Shown: positions 28,006 through 43,801 of the stretch, piece after piece
Position numbering within the stretch: the first letter of the stretch is position 1
How the letters are laid out: every line of letters starts with the position of its first letter
The notes under the pieces: model-generated
Told to the model about the DNA's origin: nothing
What the model saw: only the letters and a program-made list of their open reading frames with translations
The model's database searches: none
Made by a program: the position numbers and the translations under genes
NCBI RefSeq assembly: GCF_006345805.1
Contig: NC_043001.1
Location: 49,414,001 to 49,478,000, forward strand
Reading direction: 5' to 3'
Source of the DNA: Octopus sinensis
Lineage: Eukaryota
DNA length: 64,000 nucleotides

Positions 28006-28289
28006 TGTATGTATGTATGTATGTATGTATGTATGTGTATGCTTATTGCGCACTTTTGTCCGTGTGTGTGTGTACGTGCGCGCGTGTATGAGTGTATGTG
28101 ATGGCTGGCTGGCTGGCTAGATGCATGGATGGGATTTATAGGTATGGTTGCGCCTTTGAAAACTTTGGTGGGAGCAACAATGTACTCGACTGTGACTGGT
28201 ACTGAACCCCTGAGTAACGCTACCCACTTCTCGATACCAAAATAACATTGAAACATATTAAAGTGTTCAGTACTTGAATGTCGAGCTCA

Positions 28290-28700
28290 TTGAAAATAGG
28301 TTTACAAAATAGAAATCCTTTGTTCATACGTGTTTCATGTATGTTAACAATCATCAGTAAGGGTGAAAATGCAGTTGACTGAAGAAAGATATTGTAATTA
28401 TTATAGGCTCAAAAAACAACGATGTTTACATCCATTATTAGCACGTTCCTGTACATTCGAACACACAAATAGCTTTTCCCTATTGGATATTGTCTCAGAG
28501 ATCGACCTTTCCCAGTATATGATATGTGCAAACACCACACACGCTCTAGGTGAAATCAGACACCAGTGTTTCGGTGTAACTGCACCTCTTTAGTGATAGA
28601 CATCTCCCGGTCCTTTAGAATTAAACAGGAACAACTATTTGTATTTAATTAAATCAGAAAACAAAGTATTTACTGACACAGGGGAGGGCTTTTCCCATTG
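28290..28700 (-). mobile_element. Penelope-like 3' relic with a hammerhead-like motif
   Basis: Minus strand has ctgatga..tgt/aca..gaaacacgta at 28327-28357, preceded by a weak NGCKHR motif similar to the Penelope C-terminal CRH. Confidence 0.35.
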
Positions 28701-28849
28701 ATATTAAATTATTAAAGCCAAGCAGAACTATATGATTCAAAATAACGATGCGTACTTTCACAATACGTTTCTACACATTCAAACGTGTATTAAAAAATTG
28801 CTAGTACGTGGTGATTGCTTGTTAAATATTTTATGAGAAATTAATATAT

Positions 28850-31420
<2,571 letters not shown>

Positions 31421-32205
31421 CTCTCACGCGCGCGAACTCTTTCTGCTTCTGTCTGTCTCTGTTTATCTGTCTGTCTTTCTCTGTCTCTGTCTCTGTCTGT
31501 CTGTCTGTCTGTCTGTCTCTGTCTCTCTCTCTCTCTCTCTCTCTCATACACACACTACGCTGTTCAGTTTATAGCATCTATACAGTGACTCTACAATGTT
31601 TCGCGACACACTACAAATATACCTTATCTTACATATAACATATAACTTACACAATAAACACACATATAACACATGCCTTTTCCCGCTCATGAATGTATGT
31701 GCACACAAGAAGCACACCTACACATAAACACTTATACACATACACACACACACAAAGAAACACACACATGTATGCAAATGGTTTAACCTATTGACTTCCT
31801 TTGTAACCTCCCTTTACAATCGCTCTTTTAGCAATACTTCACTTTCTCTGTCTACCTCTTTCACTTACAATTCATTTCACGTCTCTTCCATCAATTAATC
31901 ATTGGATGAACTGTTTTGTTCCCTGGAGTTTTCTTTCTCTTCTCATTCTTCTTTCAGTTGTATTTTCTTCTCTGCTTTTCTTTGATGAAGGGCTACATTT
32001 CTAAACGTTAACCTCGTCCATCTGACAGTAGAACTTTTCAGTTCTTTTCTCTTTCTTCAAGTGTCAGACTAATATTAGATATTTTGTATTTTCCTTGTTT
32101 GTTTTATTTTTCCCAAACACCCCCCCTCTCTCTCTCTCTCACTATATATATGTATGAGTGTATGTGTGTGTAACTATATATGTATGTGTGTATACACACA
32201 CATAC

Positions 32206-32240
<35 letters not shown>

Positions 32241-32416
32241 CACACACACATATATATATACATACACACACACATATATATATACATACACACATAAATC
32301 ATATATGCTTTTGTACATGTGTAAGAATATATACATATATATTCAAGACATACGCAATATACATGCATATATACACACATATATACATATACATATACAA
32401 TACACACCACATACAC

Positions 32417-32447
<31 letters not shown>

Positions 32448-32707
32448 TGTATGTATGTATGTATGTATGTATGTATGTATGTATGTATGTATGTATGTAT
32501 GTATATTGCTTATGTGTGTGTGTATGGGTATCTGTGTATTCTTGTTTATAAAACAGTAACAGTAAGAAATTTCTAACCTTCGCAGCTGCAGTATTTTACT
32601 ATTTCATACAAGTAACTACTTAAAGCCATTTGATTTTGTATAGGAGATTTTGTGATTTTTATATCTTCAGCCGTATCATTTGCTATACCATATCTTTTTA
32701 TATACGG

Positions 32708-33102
32708 CTAGCAGTATCGCCCGGCGTTGCTCGGGCTTGTAAGGGAAAAACTATATAAGCATTTTTAGAGAGTTATAGCCAAAAAATAACAAAAAAATGC
32801 ATTAAAAATGGAAAAAAATTATGGTAAATTTTTTTTAAATCGTTGACTCACCGTAGATTTTTTAGAGAGTTACTTCCCTTATATAATAGCGAAAAATGCA
32901 TTAAAATGGAAAAAAATTATGGTAATTTTTTTTTTTTAAATCGTAGACTCATCGCAGACGCGCGCTAATACCCAGAAGGGCTTGATATGAATCACGACTA
33001 TAAGATACCCGGTTTTGGTTACACTGCACCGCAAAATGTGTGAGTAGTTAGGAATCTAAATCGTAGGAGATAGACACACAACTTCACTTTTATATATAAA
33101 GA
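32708..33102 (-). mobile_element. Non-autonomous Helitron
   Basis: Minus strand has 5' TCTTTATATATAAAAGTG and a 3' hairpin cccgagcaacgccggg followed by CTAG. It carries an internal duplicated segment and is related to 11752-12257. Confidence 0.75.
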
Positions 33103-33247
33103 TGAATTGCATTAAGAGTAAAGCTTATTTAAGACGTTCTTCGTACAATGATTTCTAATTACGATCCATGTAGTTTCATTTTTGTATCTTGTCATATGAC
33201 AAAACAAATCTGAATGAAAGTTTTTTTTTTAATCCCAACACTCCTGC

Positions 33248-33411
33248 AGGCGCAGGAGTGGCTGTGTGGTAAGTAGCTTGCTAACCAACCACATGGTTCC
33301 GGGTTCAGTCCTACTGCGTGGCATCTTGGGCAAGTGTCTTCTGCTATAGCCCCGGCCCGAACAATGCCTTGTGAGTGGATTTGGTAGACGGAAACTGAAA
33401 GAAGCCTGTCG

Positions 33412-33473
<62 letters not shown>

Positions 33474-33665
33474 TCTCCCTAGCGTTGCTTGACAACCGAT
33501 GCTGGTGTGTTTACGTCCCCGTCACTTAGCGGTTCGGCAAAAGAGACTGATAGAATAAGTACTGGGCTTACAAAGAATAAGTCCCGGGGTCGATTTGCTC
33601 GACTAAAGGCGGTGCTCCAGCATGGCCGCAGTCAAATGACTGAAACAAGCAAAAGAGTAATAAAA
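33248..33665 (+). mobile_element. Full-length SINE family A
   Basis: Same head and tail as 29485-29975. Confidence 0.85.
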
Positions 33666-33814
33666 GAGAGGTAATAATCACATATATAACACGTATGTAT
33701 ATGATTCATATATAATACTAAGCCACATTAAAATACAAATCCCAAACCGAAGAAAGCGCAAACATTAGCGAAGCAGAGGAAAAGAGGAAGAAAGAAAAAG
33801 GTCGCACACCACAA

Positions 33815-34130
33815 GGTTCAATGGAACCTATTGAAGCAAGCCAACATGCTTGTGGCATAACCACGGGCGATGACGAGGCTAAGGCGTTGGAACAGCCAAG
33901 CACCCTCACGGGTATCACCTGACACCTCGGTAAGGCGTACCGCCAACGATGACAAGAACTTCGCCGTTAGCGGCCAAGCCCTTCCAAACGTCTCAAACGC
34001 CACAGGCTTGAAGAAATGGTTCACTAGTAAGTCCCAATACTTAAGGCTACAGAATCTGGATTCTCTTAACATTCAAAGTACTTTCTGCGTAAATAACGCA
34101 GCAGTTTTGAACCTGAATGTTTTGTCATAA
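33815..34130 (-). pseudogene. CRE-clade-like non-LTR retrotransposon C-terminal relic
   Basis: LKYWDL..HFFKPVAFETFGRAWP..AKFLSSLAVRLTEVSGDTREGAWLFQRLSLVIARG matches the F.P.A.ET.G and LFQRLS...RGN pattern of RLE-type retrotransposon C-termini. Confidence 0.7.
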
Positions 34131-34541
34131 AAAAAGTATTCCTTCCCGACGTTTATGATAATCGCTCGATCACTATCATATGGGTAGCAAAAGTTTGCCT
34201 GAATTCCAGCTTACTCAAGAAAAGAGATATAAGTTTTATTTTCTATACTGTCGAACCATAGGATAATAGCGGTGCTGCAGACCCATTGTGCTTATATCGT
34301 GCTGTTGTTTTTAATTCTGAGGGTAATCGAATTGAGTATAAATTTATTAACTACACGAATGTCATCTTTCAGAATACATATATCTAGGTTATAGAACGGA
34401 TGTGAAATTTCAATTGAAGTTTTATGTTATCGTTTATAACTATTGTTCTCGTTACATGTAGAATGTTCGAATAAAAAAAACAAAAAACTATGGCATGTAT
34501 TGAGTACTATCTCTGTGTGGTTGCAAACGTGTGTATGAGTG

Positions 34542-34576
<35 letters not shown>

Positions 34577-34654
34577 GCGTGTATGTGTGTGTGCATACAT
34601 GCTCACACACACATACATACATCATACATACACACATGTATATATATATATATA

Positions 34655-34830
34655 CGTAAAAAGCACCCACTACACTCACAGAGTGGTTGGCGTTAGGAAG
34701 GGCATCCAGCTGTAGAAATATTGCCAGATAAGACTTGAGTCTGGTGCAGCCTTCTCGCTTCCCAGATCCCCGGTCGAACCGTCCAACCCATGCTAGCATG
34801 GAGAACGGACGTTAAACGATGATGATGATA
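34655..34830 (+). mobile_element. 3' part of an RTE-related SINE/LINE with a (GAT)n tail
   Basis: ggcgttaggaagggcatccagctgtagaa...aacccatgctagcatgga..ggacgttaaacgatgatgatga. Confidence 0.55.
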
Positions 34831-35869
34831 TATATATATATATATAAATGTGTGTGTGTGTATACACACGCAGGTGAAATTTTATTAGCGACTAGGCTGG
34901 AGTTGTAGGATGAAATGACTTCGCGGCTTCTAGTATACAACATACTATCTAGAAATACATCAAAATTGACCATATCTGTATATATGGATATTTTTTTTAA
35001 TGGCTATTATGACTCTTACCCAGTATGATCGCTCTAGTTTTGACATGCAATCTCAAATAAAATGATATTCAACAATACTTTTTATTTTTCATCGATGCAA
35101 CACACATTTTTACCATACATCATTCTGTATACTTCTGGGTACATCATCAGTAATGTTTCCCTGGTGTCATAACGTACTTTAGGTCTTTCAACATCGGACA
35201 TATGTTACAAATACTAGCCGAATCGCCCGTAAGTCAAATTATACCGACTCACAAAAACAAAAAGAACACATTAAATAATGTATTCTAGGAGATACGAAAA
35301 GATGCACAGAATGTCGTAGGTGTTACTTATGTTAATTAATAATAATAAATGACATGACTTGGCATTGAATCACAAGAAGAAAATGAAATTATTTCAACAA
35401 AGGTCAGTTGGGTATGATAAACTAAAAACTTATTCAGAGACTGGATTTACATGACCCTAAAAAAAAGAAAAAGAACCAATTTCAAAATGCTAATCACCTC
35501 AGAACATATGTAACAAGACACGTTAAATGCTTTGAAAACACGTATAGGAAATCGTCTGGCTAGCTGCCCTTCTCTACAAGAGAGTCTGCAGTAATGTTGA
35601 TATTTTAGAGAACATGGTTCTGAGCTGTGTACAACATTAGCTAACCAAAATTATTCCTAGACAAATATATTTACTAGGAAAACTAGAAGAATCTTCCACC
35701 AAGATAGCGTCAGAAAAAAATAGCCAAACTACTGGGAACGACGCCAACGTCTAGAACTCTAAACATTAGCACGCAGAAGGGAAGCATACACATCATCTAT
35801 ATCTGGAAGATTCTGGGTGGTAAAATATCAAACTTTTGTATACATTATTGAATAAACAGAAAGGCAGAA

Positions 35870-36270
35870 AGGTGGCGCGCTGGCAGAATCGTTAGCACGC
35901 CGGGCGAAATGCTTAGAGGTATTTCGTCTGCCGTTACGTTCTGAGTTTAAATTCCACCGAGGTCGACTTTGTCTTTCACCCTTTCGGGGTCGATAAATTA
36001 AGTACCAGTTACGCACTGGAGTTGATGTAATCGACTTAATCCCTTTGTCTGTCCTTGTTCGTCTCCTTTTTTGTTTAGCCCCTTGTGGGTAATAAAGAAA
36101 TAGGTATTTCGTCTCTTTACGTTCTGAGTTCACATTCCGCCGAGGTCGACTTTGCCTTTTATCCTTTGGGAACGATCAAATATGTACCGATTGAGTACTG
36201 GGATCGTTGTAATCAACTACCCCTTCCCCCAAATTTAGGCCTTGTGCCTATAGTAGAGAGGATTATTGAA
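35870..36270 (+). mobile_element. SINE family B, one full copy plus a partial second unit
   Basis: CpG-rich near-consensus copy ggcagaatcgttagcacgccgggcgaaatg...gaggtcgacttt. Confidence 0.8.
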
Positions 36271-36722
36271 TAAATAAAAGCGTAGAAAGATTCCCTCTTA
36301 AACTGCTAAAATCGCATCAGGTGAAAATTAATAAAAACAGTCTTATTAAGAGAGTCTTACATTGAGAAAATGTTTGGTATTTAATTATTTACATAAAGAA
36401 ATAAGGAATAGGATGAAGGCCTCAGAATCTTTATTTTCCAAGCCCTAATTTAAGCCAGTTTTACTTAGTAATAGGTAAAGCGAATTCCATTGACTCACTG
36501 AGTCACCAATTACAAACATACACATGTATGCGCATTGAAATAGCAAAGACCTGAACACAAGCTATTGAGAATAATGCAAAGTTTCAGTATGGCCAGAACT
36601 CAAACTTGAAGACATAGAAAATGGAACCATCTATATTAAATATACGTGTCAAAACTTTTGATTAATCGCACGCACTAGCGTACTTATACATGTGCGAGTC
36701 TGTATATTTGCATACGCATACA

Positions 36723-36763
<41 letters not shown>

Positions 36764-36867
36764 ATTTGTGGGTGGCATTAAAAAGAATGTTCAAAGCGAA
36801 AAACCATGTATTCTTGCTGTTGCGAACTTTTTATAAATTCTTCGAAATAAACATTTTCTGTAGAAGA

Positions 36868-38154
36868 TCAACGATCTTCTGTTGAATCCGACGATTTAAA
36901 TTCGTTTCGATCTAAATTGTATTCTAGAAAAGCCTTTAACCAATTTGTAAACATCAAAATTTCCTTCATGTTACACGCAATCAGTTTATTAACTCGGATA
37001 ACTTTATCTATTTTGTGGTGGATGAAGGCGGCTTGGAGCAGACGATAATTTTGTAGGAAACCTGATGCATCTGCTTTGGCTTTAATCTTGTATCTCGGTA
37101 GCACTATCGGATCTAAATGGTTCATTAGAAGACAAAAAACAATACCATCAGACAACTGATTTAAATCGTTGATGTCAACTGCGAGAGTTCTCCTGATCCA
37201 GTTTATAAGTGTTTTTCTTCCGTACATGCCAACCCGCTTCGGTTTAATCAACCGTGGCAAGAAATTGGGTGTCGTTTGGGGGTCTATCGCTGAATGACAT
37301 TTCTCAGTTTCCAAACCGTGCTTGATACGACTTTGAGGTTTTAAGCATTTAATTTCTGGTGTATCCCCGTGACCATATTTTATTAGAGCGTTATTTAAAG
37401 ATGGTATCAGGACAGAACTTTGTGATTGAGCTTTTGATTGGCTCTTAGAGTTTTCTAAATCATGTCTTTCTAGCATATCGGTATCGCTTTCATAAGCATC
37501 ACTAAGTATACTTGATGAATATACCTGATTGTTTGAGAGAAACTCTTCGCGGAGGTCGTCATTCAAGTTCGCCTCAAAGAAAGATTTAAGCCAATTTGTG
37601 AAGATAAGAATTTCTTTCAAATTTTTATCTTTAATTTTTTTAGGTATAAGTTTGTCGATTTTCAGTTCGTAAAATGCTTTTTCCAAAAGTTTAAAATTGT
37701 AATCATATGCTTCAGCCTTCTTTTCAAATTTAATTTTCTTTTTGGGAATAATATTTGGGGCTAAAATATCCAATAAAAAGCAATAGTGAATTCCGCTAGA
37801 AAGTTCTCCTATATCCAATAATTGTGTCTGTAATTGATCATTCACCCATTTTATGAGGGTTTTACGACCACACGAAGAAATTCGTTTAGGCTTATTCCAC
37901 TCAATTTTTGTTCCCTTCGGTCTATTATATATACGGTTTACCATAGATCTCCAAGTAAAACTTTCGTTAGAAGGAAATTTGGGAACGAAACTTTTTTGAA
38001 AAATAGTCTGTAATGTTTGAAAAACATCAGGACTCAGTTCAAGCATCATTGTCCAATCTGCATTGAATGAGACATATGATTCCTCAGATTTCCCTTCATT
38101 TTTGCTCCCTTCTTTTGCATGGAAGGATTCAGAAAGTGGTGTAATGCGAACCAT
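36868..38154 (-). CDS. Intronless EB1/MAPRE-like protein with two tandem calponin-homology domains (428 aa)
   Basis: Uninterrupted non-repetitive ORF. aa about 96-197 (GRKTLIKWVN..ELSSGIHYCFLLD..KKIKF..YNFKLLEKAF..IDKLIP..FTNWLKSFFEAN) and about 312-414 each follow the EB1 CH pattern (R..L.W.N..L.SG..YC..D...KK.KF..NFK.LQ..F...DK.IP..F..W.K.FF.AN). AATAAA lies on the minus strand at 36761-36766. Confidence 0.8.
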   Translation of the reverse strand: MVRITPLSESFHAKEGSKNEGKSEESYVSFNADWTMMLELSPDVFQTLQTIFQKSFVPKFPSNESFTWRSMVNRIYNRPKGTKIEWNKPKRISSCGRKTLIKWVNDQLQTQLLDIGELSSGIHYCFLLDILAPNIIPKKKIKFEKKAEAYDYNFKLLEKAFYELKIDKLIPKKIKDKNLKEILIFTNWLKSFFEANLNDDLREEFLSNNQVYSSSILSDAYESDTDMLERHDLENSKSQSKAQSQSSVLIPSLNNALIKYGHGDTPEIKCLKPQSRIKHGLETEKCHSAIDPQTTPNFLPRLIKPKRVGMYGRKTLINWIRRTLAVDINDLNQLSDGIVFCLLMNHLDPIVLPRYKIKAKADASGFLQNYRLLQAAFIHHKIDKVIRVNKLIACNMKEILMFTNWLKAFLEYNLDRNEFKSSDSTEDR

Positions 38155-38239
38155 TTTTAAATATCGAAAATGTTTTGGTTCGCTACAAATTCAGAAAAAA
38201 ATAGAAACTAAAAGTTGAAACTAAAAAGAAAATCATTTT

Positions 38240-38290
38240 ATATGACGAGGAGAAAACGGTTGCATGACGTCTGAGATACTTGTGACGTAG
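38240..38290 (-). promoter_or_regulatory. Cluster of CRE/ATF-like TGACG(T) motifs upstream of the EB1-like ATG
   Basis: tgacg at 38243, tgacgtc at 38265 and tgacgt at 38283, i.e. 90-135 bp upstream of the start codon. Confidence 0.35.
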
Positions 38291-41029
38291 AAAGCTAAAA
38301 ACAAGCACCTCGACTTTTACAGAAACGTATCGATGTTATTTTGAAGTTCAAGTTAACGACGAAAGAAGTATATGCTATTTAATGAAGTATCAAAAATATG
38401 TCCAGCCGTAGCCTCGTACTTTCAATATTCTATTTATTCAAAAGCAGACGACACCTAATGACAGATGACAATTTCCCTTCCCCAAACAGCTTTAACGAAT
38501 AACAATTATAATTCGATTGTTCCTTACTTGACTTTTACGAAGAAAAAATGAGACATTGACTGAACTGATTTTTTTTTTTATCATCAATGTCTTTTGAATT
38601 CCTTTGTATCGAAGAATATCCTACGCTGGTTGGTACTGATTACGTTTACTAGGTTTTCTTACAATCAATTATGTAGAACGAGTGGAACGCAACTGAACCA
38701 TTGTTATTGAAATGGTGATATATAGTTTCTCTTGTTGAACCATATGAGTTCCATGCGCAATAAAATTTATGCAAATATTTCATTCATGATTTCTCCATTT
38801 GTGATAACTTCCTGATATACAGAGCAAATAAAGAAATATTTATGCGGTCTTTCGACTTGCTAGAAACATCAGCCGAATCACCTGGAGGTTAAATTATACC
38901 AACATAGAAAAACAGAAAGAACACATTGGATAAAGAATACATTGTATTCCCGGGGATACAAAAAGACGAGATGGTCACGATAGAAAAGCCTCTGACTATA
39001 GAAATCTGCTGAGTCAGGTTGAGAAAGGCGCTTAACAATAACAACAGCAACTTTCCAGGATACATGTTGGAATACTTAACGTACTAGAATCATCTTACCA
39101 GTAGCTTCTTAGCGTAATCTAGCCACCACATTAAAATTTAGCTTTCTTGCTATAGGATTATTACATTTCCGATACCGAAATTCTATTAAGCTGGTTACCT
39201 TTTTCGTTAGAGGGGCATGGGGTAAAGTGTTTCTTTATAATTTATTCATTACCAATTATTAGCTACGTGAAGACACGCGTCTTGGGGGTTAGGGTGTTGA
39301 TTTTACTATCATAAAGTCGTGGAGTCGATTTCAGGACCAGGTGGCGCAGGGCGTTTCATTTCACGTTGGTCTTATCTCCTCAACCAAAAATAAGTGTCAG
39401 CTGACTACTAGTGCAGCTTTCTCTCCTCCAACTGTCATATCCTCGATGTTCCGCTCGGTTAAGGATTGGAAGATCGAGAGGGAGAGTCTATGTCCATTCA
39501 TGACTAGGTACCAAAGACAACTAATGAAAGCATCAGGTCATACTCACGAGCAACCGAGAGCTAAAATTTTGATTAACGTTGCATTACTGATTTAAGTCTA
39601 TAGTTCCAATCACATACTTTCCATACATTTATAATAATCTGGTGGTCATCGAGGCCCATGGACTCCTATATTTGATGATTGAGTTAAGTATAGGTAACAT
39701 GCTTATTATCTATATTTCAACTGTATCCATAGGACCCAAAGATATTTTTTGTTAAAGTAATGAGTACAAGCATGACTGTGTGTTAGAAGTTGGGTTCGCA
39801 ATTAACTGGTTTCGAGTTCAATCTCACTGCACGACACCTTTGATAAATGGCTTTTGCTATAGCTTCGGATTGACCAGTCCCATGTAAGAAAGATTTTGGC
39901 GGACGAAAACTCCGTGGAAGCCCAGCGTTGGACTGTTCTTGTTTCGGGGAGGTTAGACTTAATCAATCTCCCGGTCTAACATCACCATCTGGTCTTTGCG
40001 CACCTTTAACAGTGCATTCTGTCGCAAGTATTCAGTACATGTTTTCAGTCTGAGGATAATGCTGTTCCTTTTTCAAGGTATGTTTATCGTATGTGTTCCC
40101 ACATTTCAGCATCTTCAGTTAAACGATAAAAGCGCTGTTCCATCTATGTGTTTTTGTTTTTTTGGTTAATTCTAAAATATGAAACAAATGAGACTTTCTA
40201 CTCTGATTGAATTGCAGTTCACTGAATCTGCACAATCAGTTTATTAGCTAATTGTGGTGTAGAATTTACACATCTCGATTCTTTTACTAAACTTGATTTT
40301 TTTGGATTAGATGCTTGATGCCAAGTCAACAGAAAGTAAAATGTATCATTCAAAATAACAGAAATTTCTGCAACATGTCGTTCAATGATACACAATTAGT
40401 TCGAGTTTTCACTTCATTTCAAGACTGCATTCTGTCACAGCTGCTGAGTTTGTTGGTACTTATGGAAGAAGCTTTTGCAAAATTTCGCTGAAAATGATAC
40501 TAATTGTCAATGTAACGGAAAAATTACAAGAATAATTGATAATGAACTCAGTACGCACGAAGAGATGGTGCGTTGTAAATGCCAAGCACCTTAGAAGCTA
40601 TCAACCCCAGCAGCAGATGCTCATTATGACATTCTGCAGGGCAGCAGATAGTGTCCGTCTTCCATTAACTCCCAGAGCACCCTCATCTGTTACAAATACT
40701 AGCCGAATCGCCCGTAAGTCAAATTATACCGACTCACAAAAACAAAAAGAACACATTAAATAATGTATTCTAGGAGATACGAAAAGACTAGATGGTCACG
40801 ACAGTAAAAAAGCCTTTACTATAAGAAATCTGTTGGCTCAGGCTGGCAAAGGTGCTAAATAATAACAGCAACTTTCTAGAATATATGTTGGAATACATGA
40901 TATACCAGAATCATCTTAGCAGAAGCATCCGCGTTCTTGACGTAATCCAGCCACCACCACCTATCACACTGCAGTCGGCATTATTTGTGGTGATTACGTA
41001 CCGTACCTCAATATTATTGCATTCTTTAA

Positions 41030-41450
41030 GACGGCGAGCTGGCAGAATTGTTCAGCAGCATTTCGTCCGTCTTCACGTTCTGAGTTAGAATTCCGCCGAG
41101 GTTGACGTTGTTTTTCATCCTTTCGGGGTCGATAAATTAAGTATCATTCAAGCACTGGGTCGATGTAATCGACTAATTTCTTCCCCCGTAATTCTAGGAC
41201 TTGTGCCTATTATAGAAAGAATTATCATTATTATTAAGGCGGCGAGCTGGCAGAATCGTTAGCACGCCGGGCAAAATGCTTTGTGGCATTTCGTCTATCT
41301 TCACGTTGTGAGTTCAAATTCCGCTGAGGTCGACTTTGCCTTTCATCCTCTCGGGATTCGATAAAATAAGTACCGGTTGAACACTGAGGCCGATGTAATC
41401 GACTTACCCACTATTGCGAAATTGCTGGCATTGTTCCAAAATTTGTATTC
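41030..41450 (+). mobile_element. Two tandem SINE family B copies
   Basis: cggcgagctggcagaat heads at about 41030 and 41237. Confidence 0.8.
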
Positions 41451-41731
41451 AATATTACTGTATTCTTTTTTTATTCCCTAATGTGTTTCTCTTCAAAAGT
41501 TTTGATGCATACTAATACATGATTTTTATGAATACAGATGTACGATGTGAGTTTAAAAATCAGTATTTTTATGCATTTTTGTTTGTTTTAGCATTTGCTT
41601 TTCGAAAAATATTCTCTAGGAACAGATCTCAGTTTATAATATGAAATTCGGTGGCAAAAGAGATTTCATGTTACCGAATTCAGCGTACCGAAAAGGCCTT
41701 TTAGATACAAGACATTCCGAAATGTGAGGGA

Positions 41732-41789
<58 letters not shown>

Positions 41790-41954
41790 GACAATCATTT
41801 AATTGTCATTATAAAATTCAGAGTTTCGGATGTCGGGGCTGAAGTGCTCCGCATCTCTGATTGCCCTATATTATATTTATAGATAAATTTCTCTATTTAC
41901 ATAACATCGAAGTCTCATTCATTCTTTTGTTGTTACATTATTAATATATATAAA

Positions 41955-42198
41955 TGCGCCCTTTTAAAGCCTAGCTAGACTCATGGGCCCGGTTTCCCGG
42001 TTTATATGGCGTATGTGTTCCCCAGCTGGACGGAACGCCAGTCCATCGCAGCGTTACTCATTTTTGCCAGCAGAGTGGACTGCAGCAATGTGAAATGAAG
42101 TGTTTTGCTCAAGAACACAACGCATCGCCCGGTCTAGGAATCGAAACCACAATCTTACGATCATGATGCTGACACCTTAACCACTAAGCCACGCGCCT

Positions 42199-42200
<2 letters not shown>
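41955..42200 (-). mobile_element. SINE related to family C
   Basis: The reverse complement starts ggaggcgcgtggcttagtggttaagg...gtttcgattcc, a tRNA-like head. Confidence 0.65.
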
Positions 42201-42249
<49 letters not shown>

Positions 42250-42575
42250 ATATGGGGGTTTAGTTCACTGCTGATTTAAACGAATAGGTACGCTGGGTAA
42301 GCTCTGTAACGGATTATCATGGTTCCAAGCTCGTAATTGAGACGTGAGCTATTGATCCATTTTCAGTTTCCGATTTAGCAGATATATATTTGTGAAAGAG
42401 GACAACAAGCATCTCAATCCATATACATTATTTTAAGAATAATATAAAATAATGTATATGAATTGAGATGCTTGTTATGCCTCGGTGTTTGTTATCCTCT
42501 TTCACAAGTATATATATATATTTACACGCACGCACATACACATATGTATATATATATATATATATATAATAATAT

Positions 42576-42608
<33 letters not shown>

Positions 42609-42616
42609 GTAGGTAA

Positions 42617-42727
<111 letters not shown>

Positions 42728-42729
42728 TA

Positions 42730-43191
42730 AACCGGCAACCCCACCAAGCTTGCTTGGTGAGGAGGGTGTTTATTGGACACCCTGCGGGTGTCCAAAAGGG
42801 CGGAGGAACTCTTGAGAGGCAACGGCCATCCAATAAATGTCTTAAGGCTCAATCATGCGTGGGGACATAGAAATAATCGGTCTGAATACCCGATCGCGCG
42901 GTTAAACCATTGGGAGTGAAGGACTCCTAGCCTTCGTTAGGGCATCCTTCTAGGAGAAGGCAACTCAGGTAACTGGGATAACTCCGACATAAAACCTGCG
43001 GGTCAGTGGTTACCGATGATGTTGACTTGTTCTTCTTTTCGGATTATGGCTGCTGTTGCTTAGTGAGTGGGATCGACTCAGTGCACAGCTTTTCCTCACT
43101 ATAAAAAAAATCTTCTTGTACAGGCATTGCACGATAACAACATTGATTAAGCTTCGTGCAATGGCCATATTCGATAACGAGGGGGCAGCCA

Positions 43192-43195
<4 letters not shown>
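42730..43195 (+). repeat. GC-rich interspersed repeat between (TA)n tracts, possibly derived from an RTE-LINE 5' region
   Basis: Composition contrasts with the flanks. The motif gttagggcatccttctaggagaagg..aaacc recalls RTE 5' UTRs. The family assignment is uncertain. Confidence 0.35.
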
Positions 43196-43243
<48 letters not shown>

Positions 43244-43258
43244 GTATACATTGTGTGC

Positions 43259-43292
<34 letters not shown>

Positions 43293-43438
43293 GCACACAT
43301 ATGTATGTATATGTATGTGCATGTAGCTATATATACGTATAAGTATATTTATATCTATATATATGTATATGTATATGTAAAGGCGGTGCTCCAGCATGGC
43401 CGCAATCAAATGACTGAAACTTGTAAAATAGTAAAAGA

Positions 43439-43474
<36 letters not shown>

Positions 43475-43695
43475 AATCAATTCATCTATCGGCTTATAAA
43501 AGTCTTTCACCATACAACAATGACTTTATCAATGTTTTCTTCTGTAAACATATTTCCTTCCTTCCTTAAGTCGTTTCAGTTATCAGACTGCGGCCATAAA
43601 ACGGGGTACCACCTTGATCACTTTTAGTCGAATGAATTGACCCTAGAACTTCTTTTGAGGTTGGTACTTATTCTTTCCACACAACTATGCCTGCG

Positions 43696-43801
<106 letters not shown>

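Noticed and set aside
35120-35155. CTGANGA motifs here and at about 470, 8680, 32665 and 40115
   Set aside because: They lack a correctly placed GAAA or compatible stems, and are expected by chance.
35310-35830. Possible LINE reverse-transcriptase remnant
   Set aside because: Too decayed to read a convincing motif by eye.
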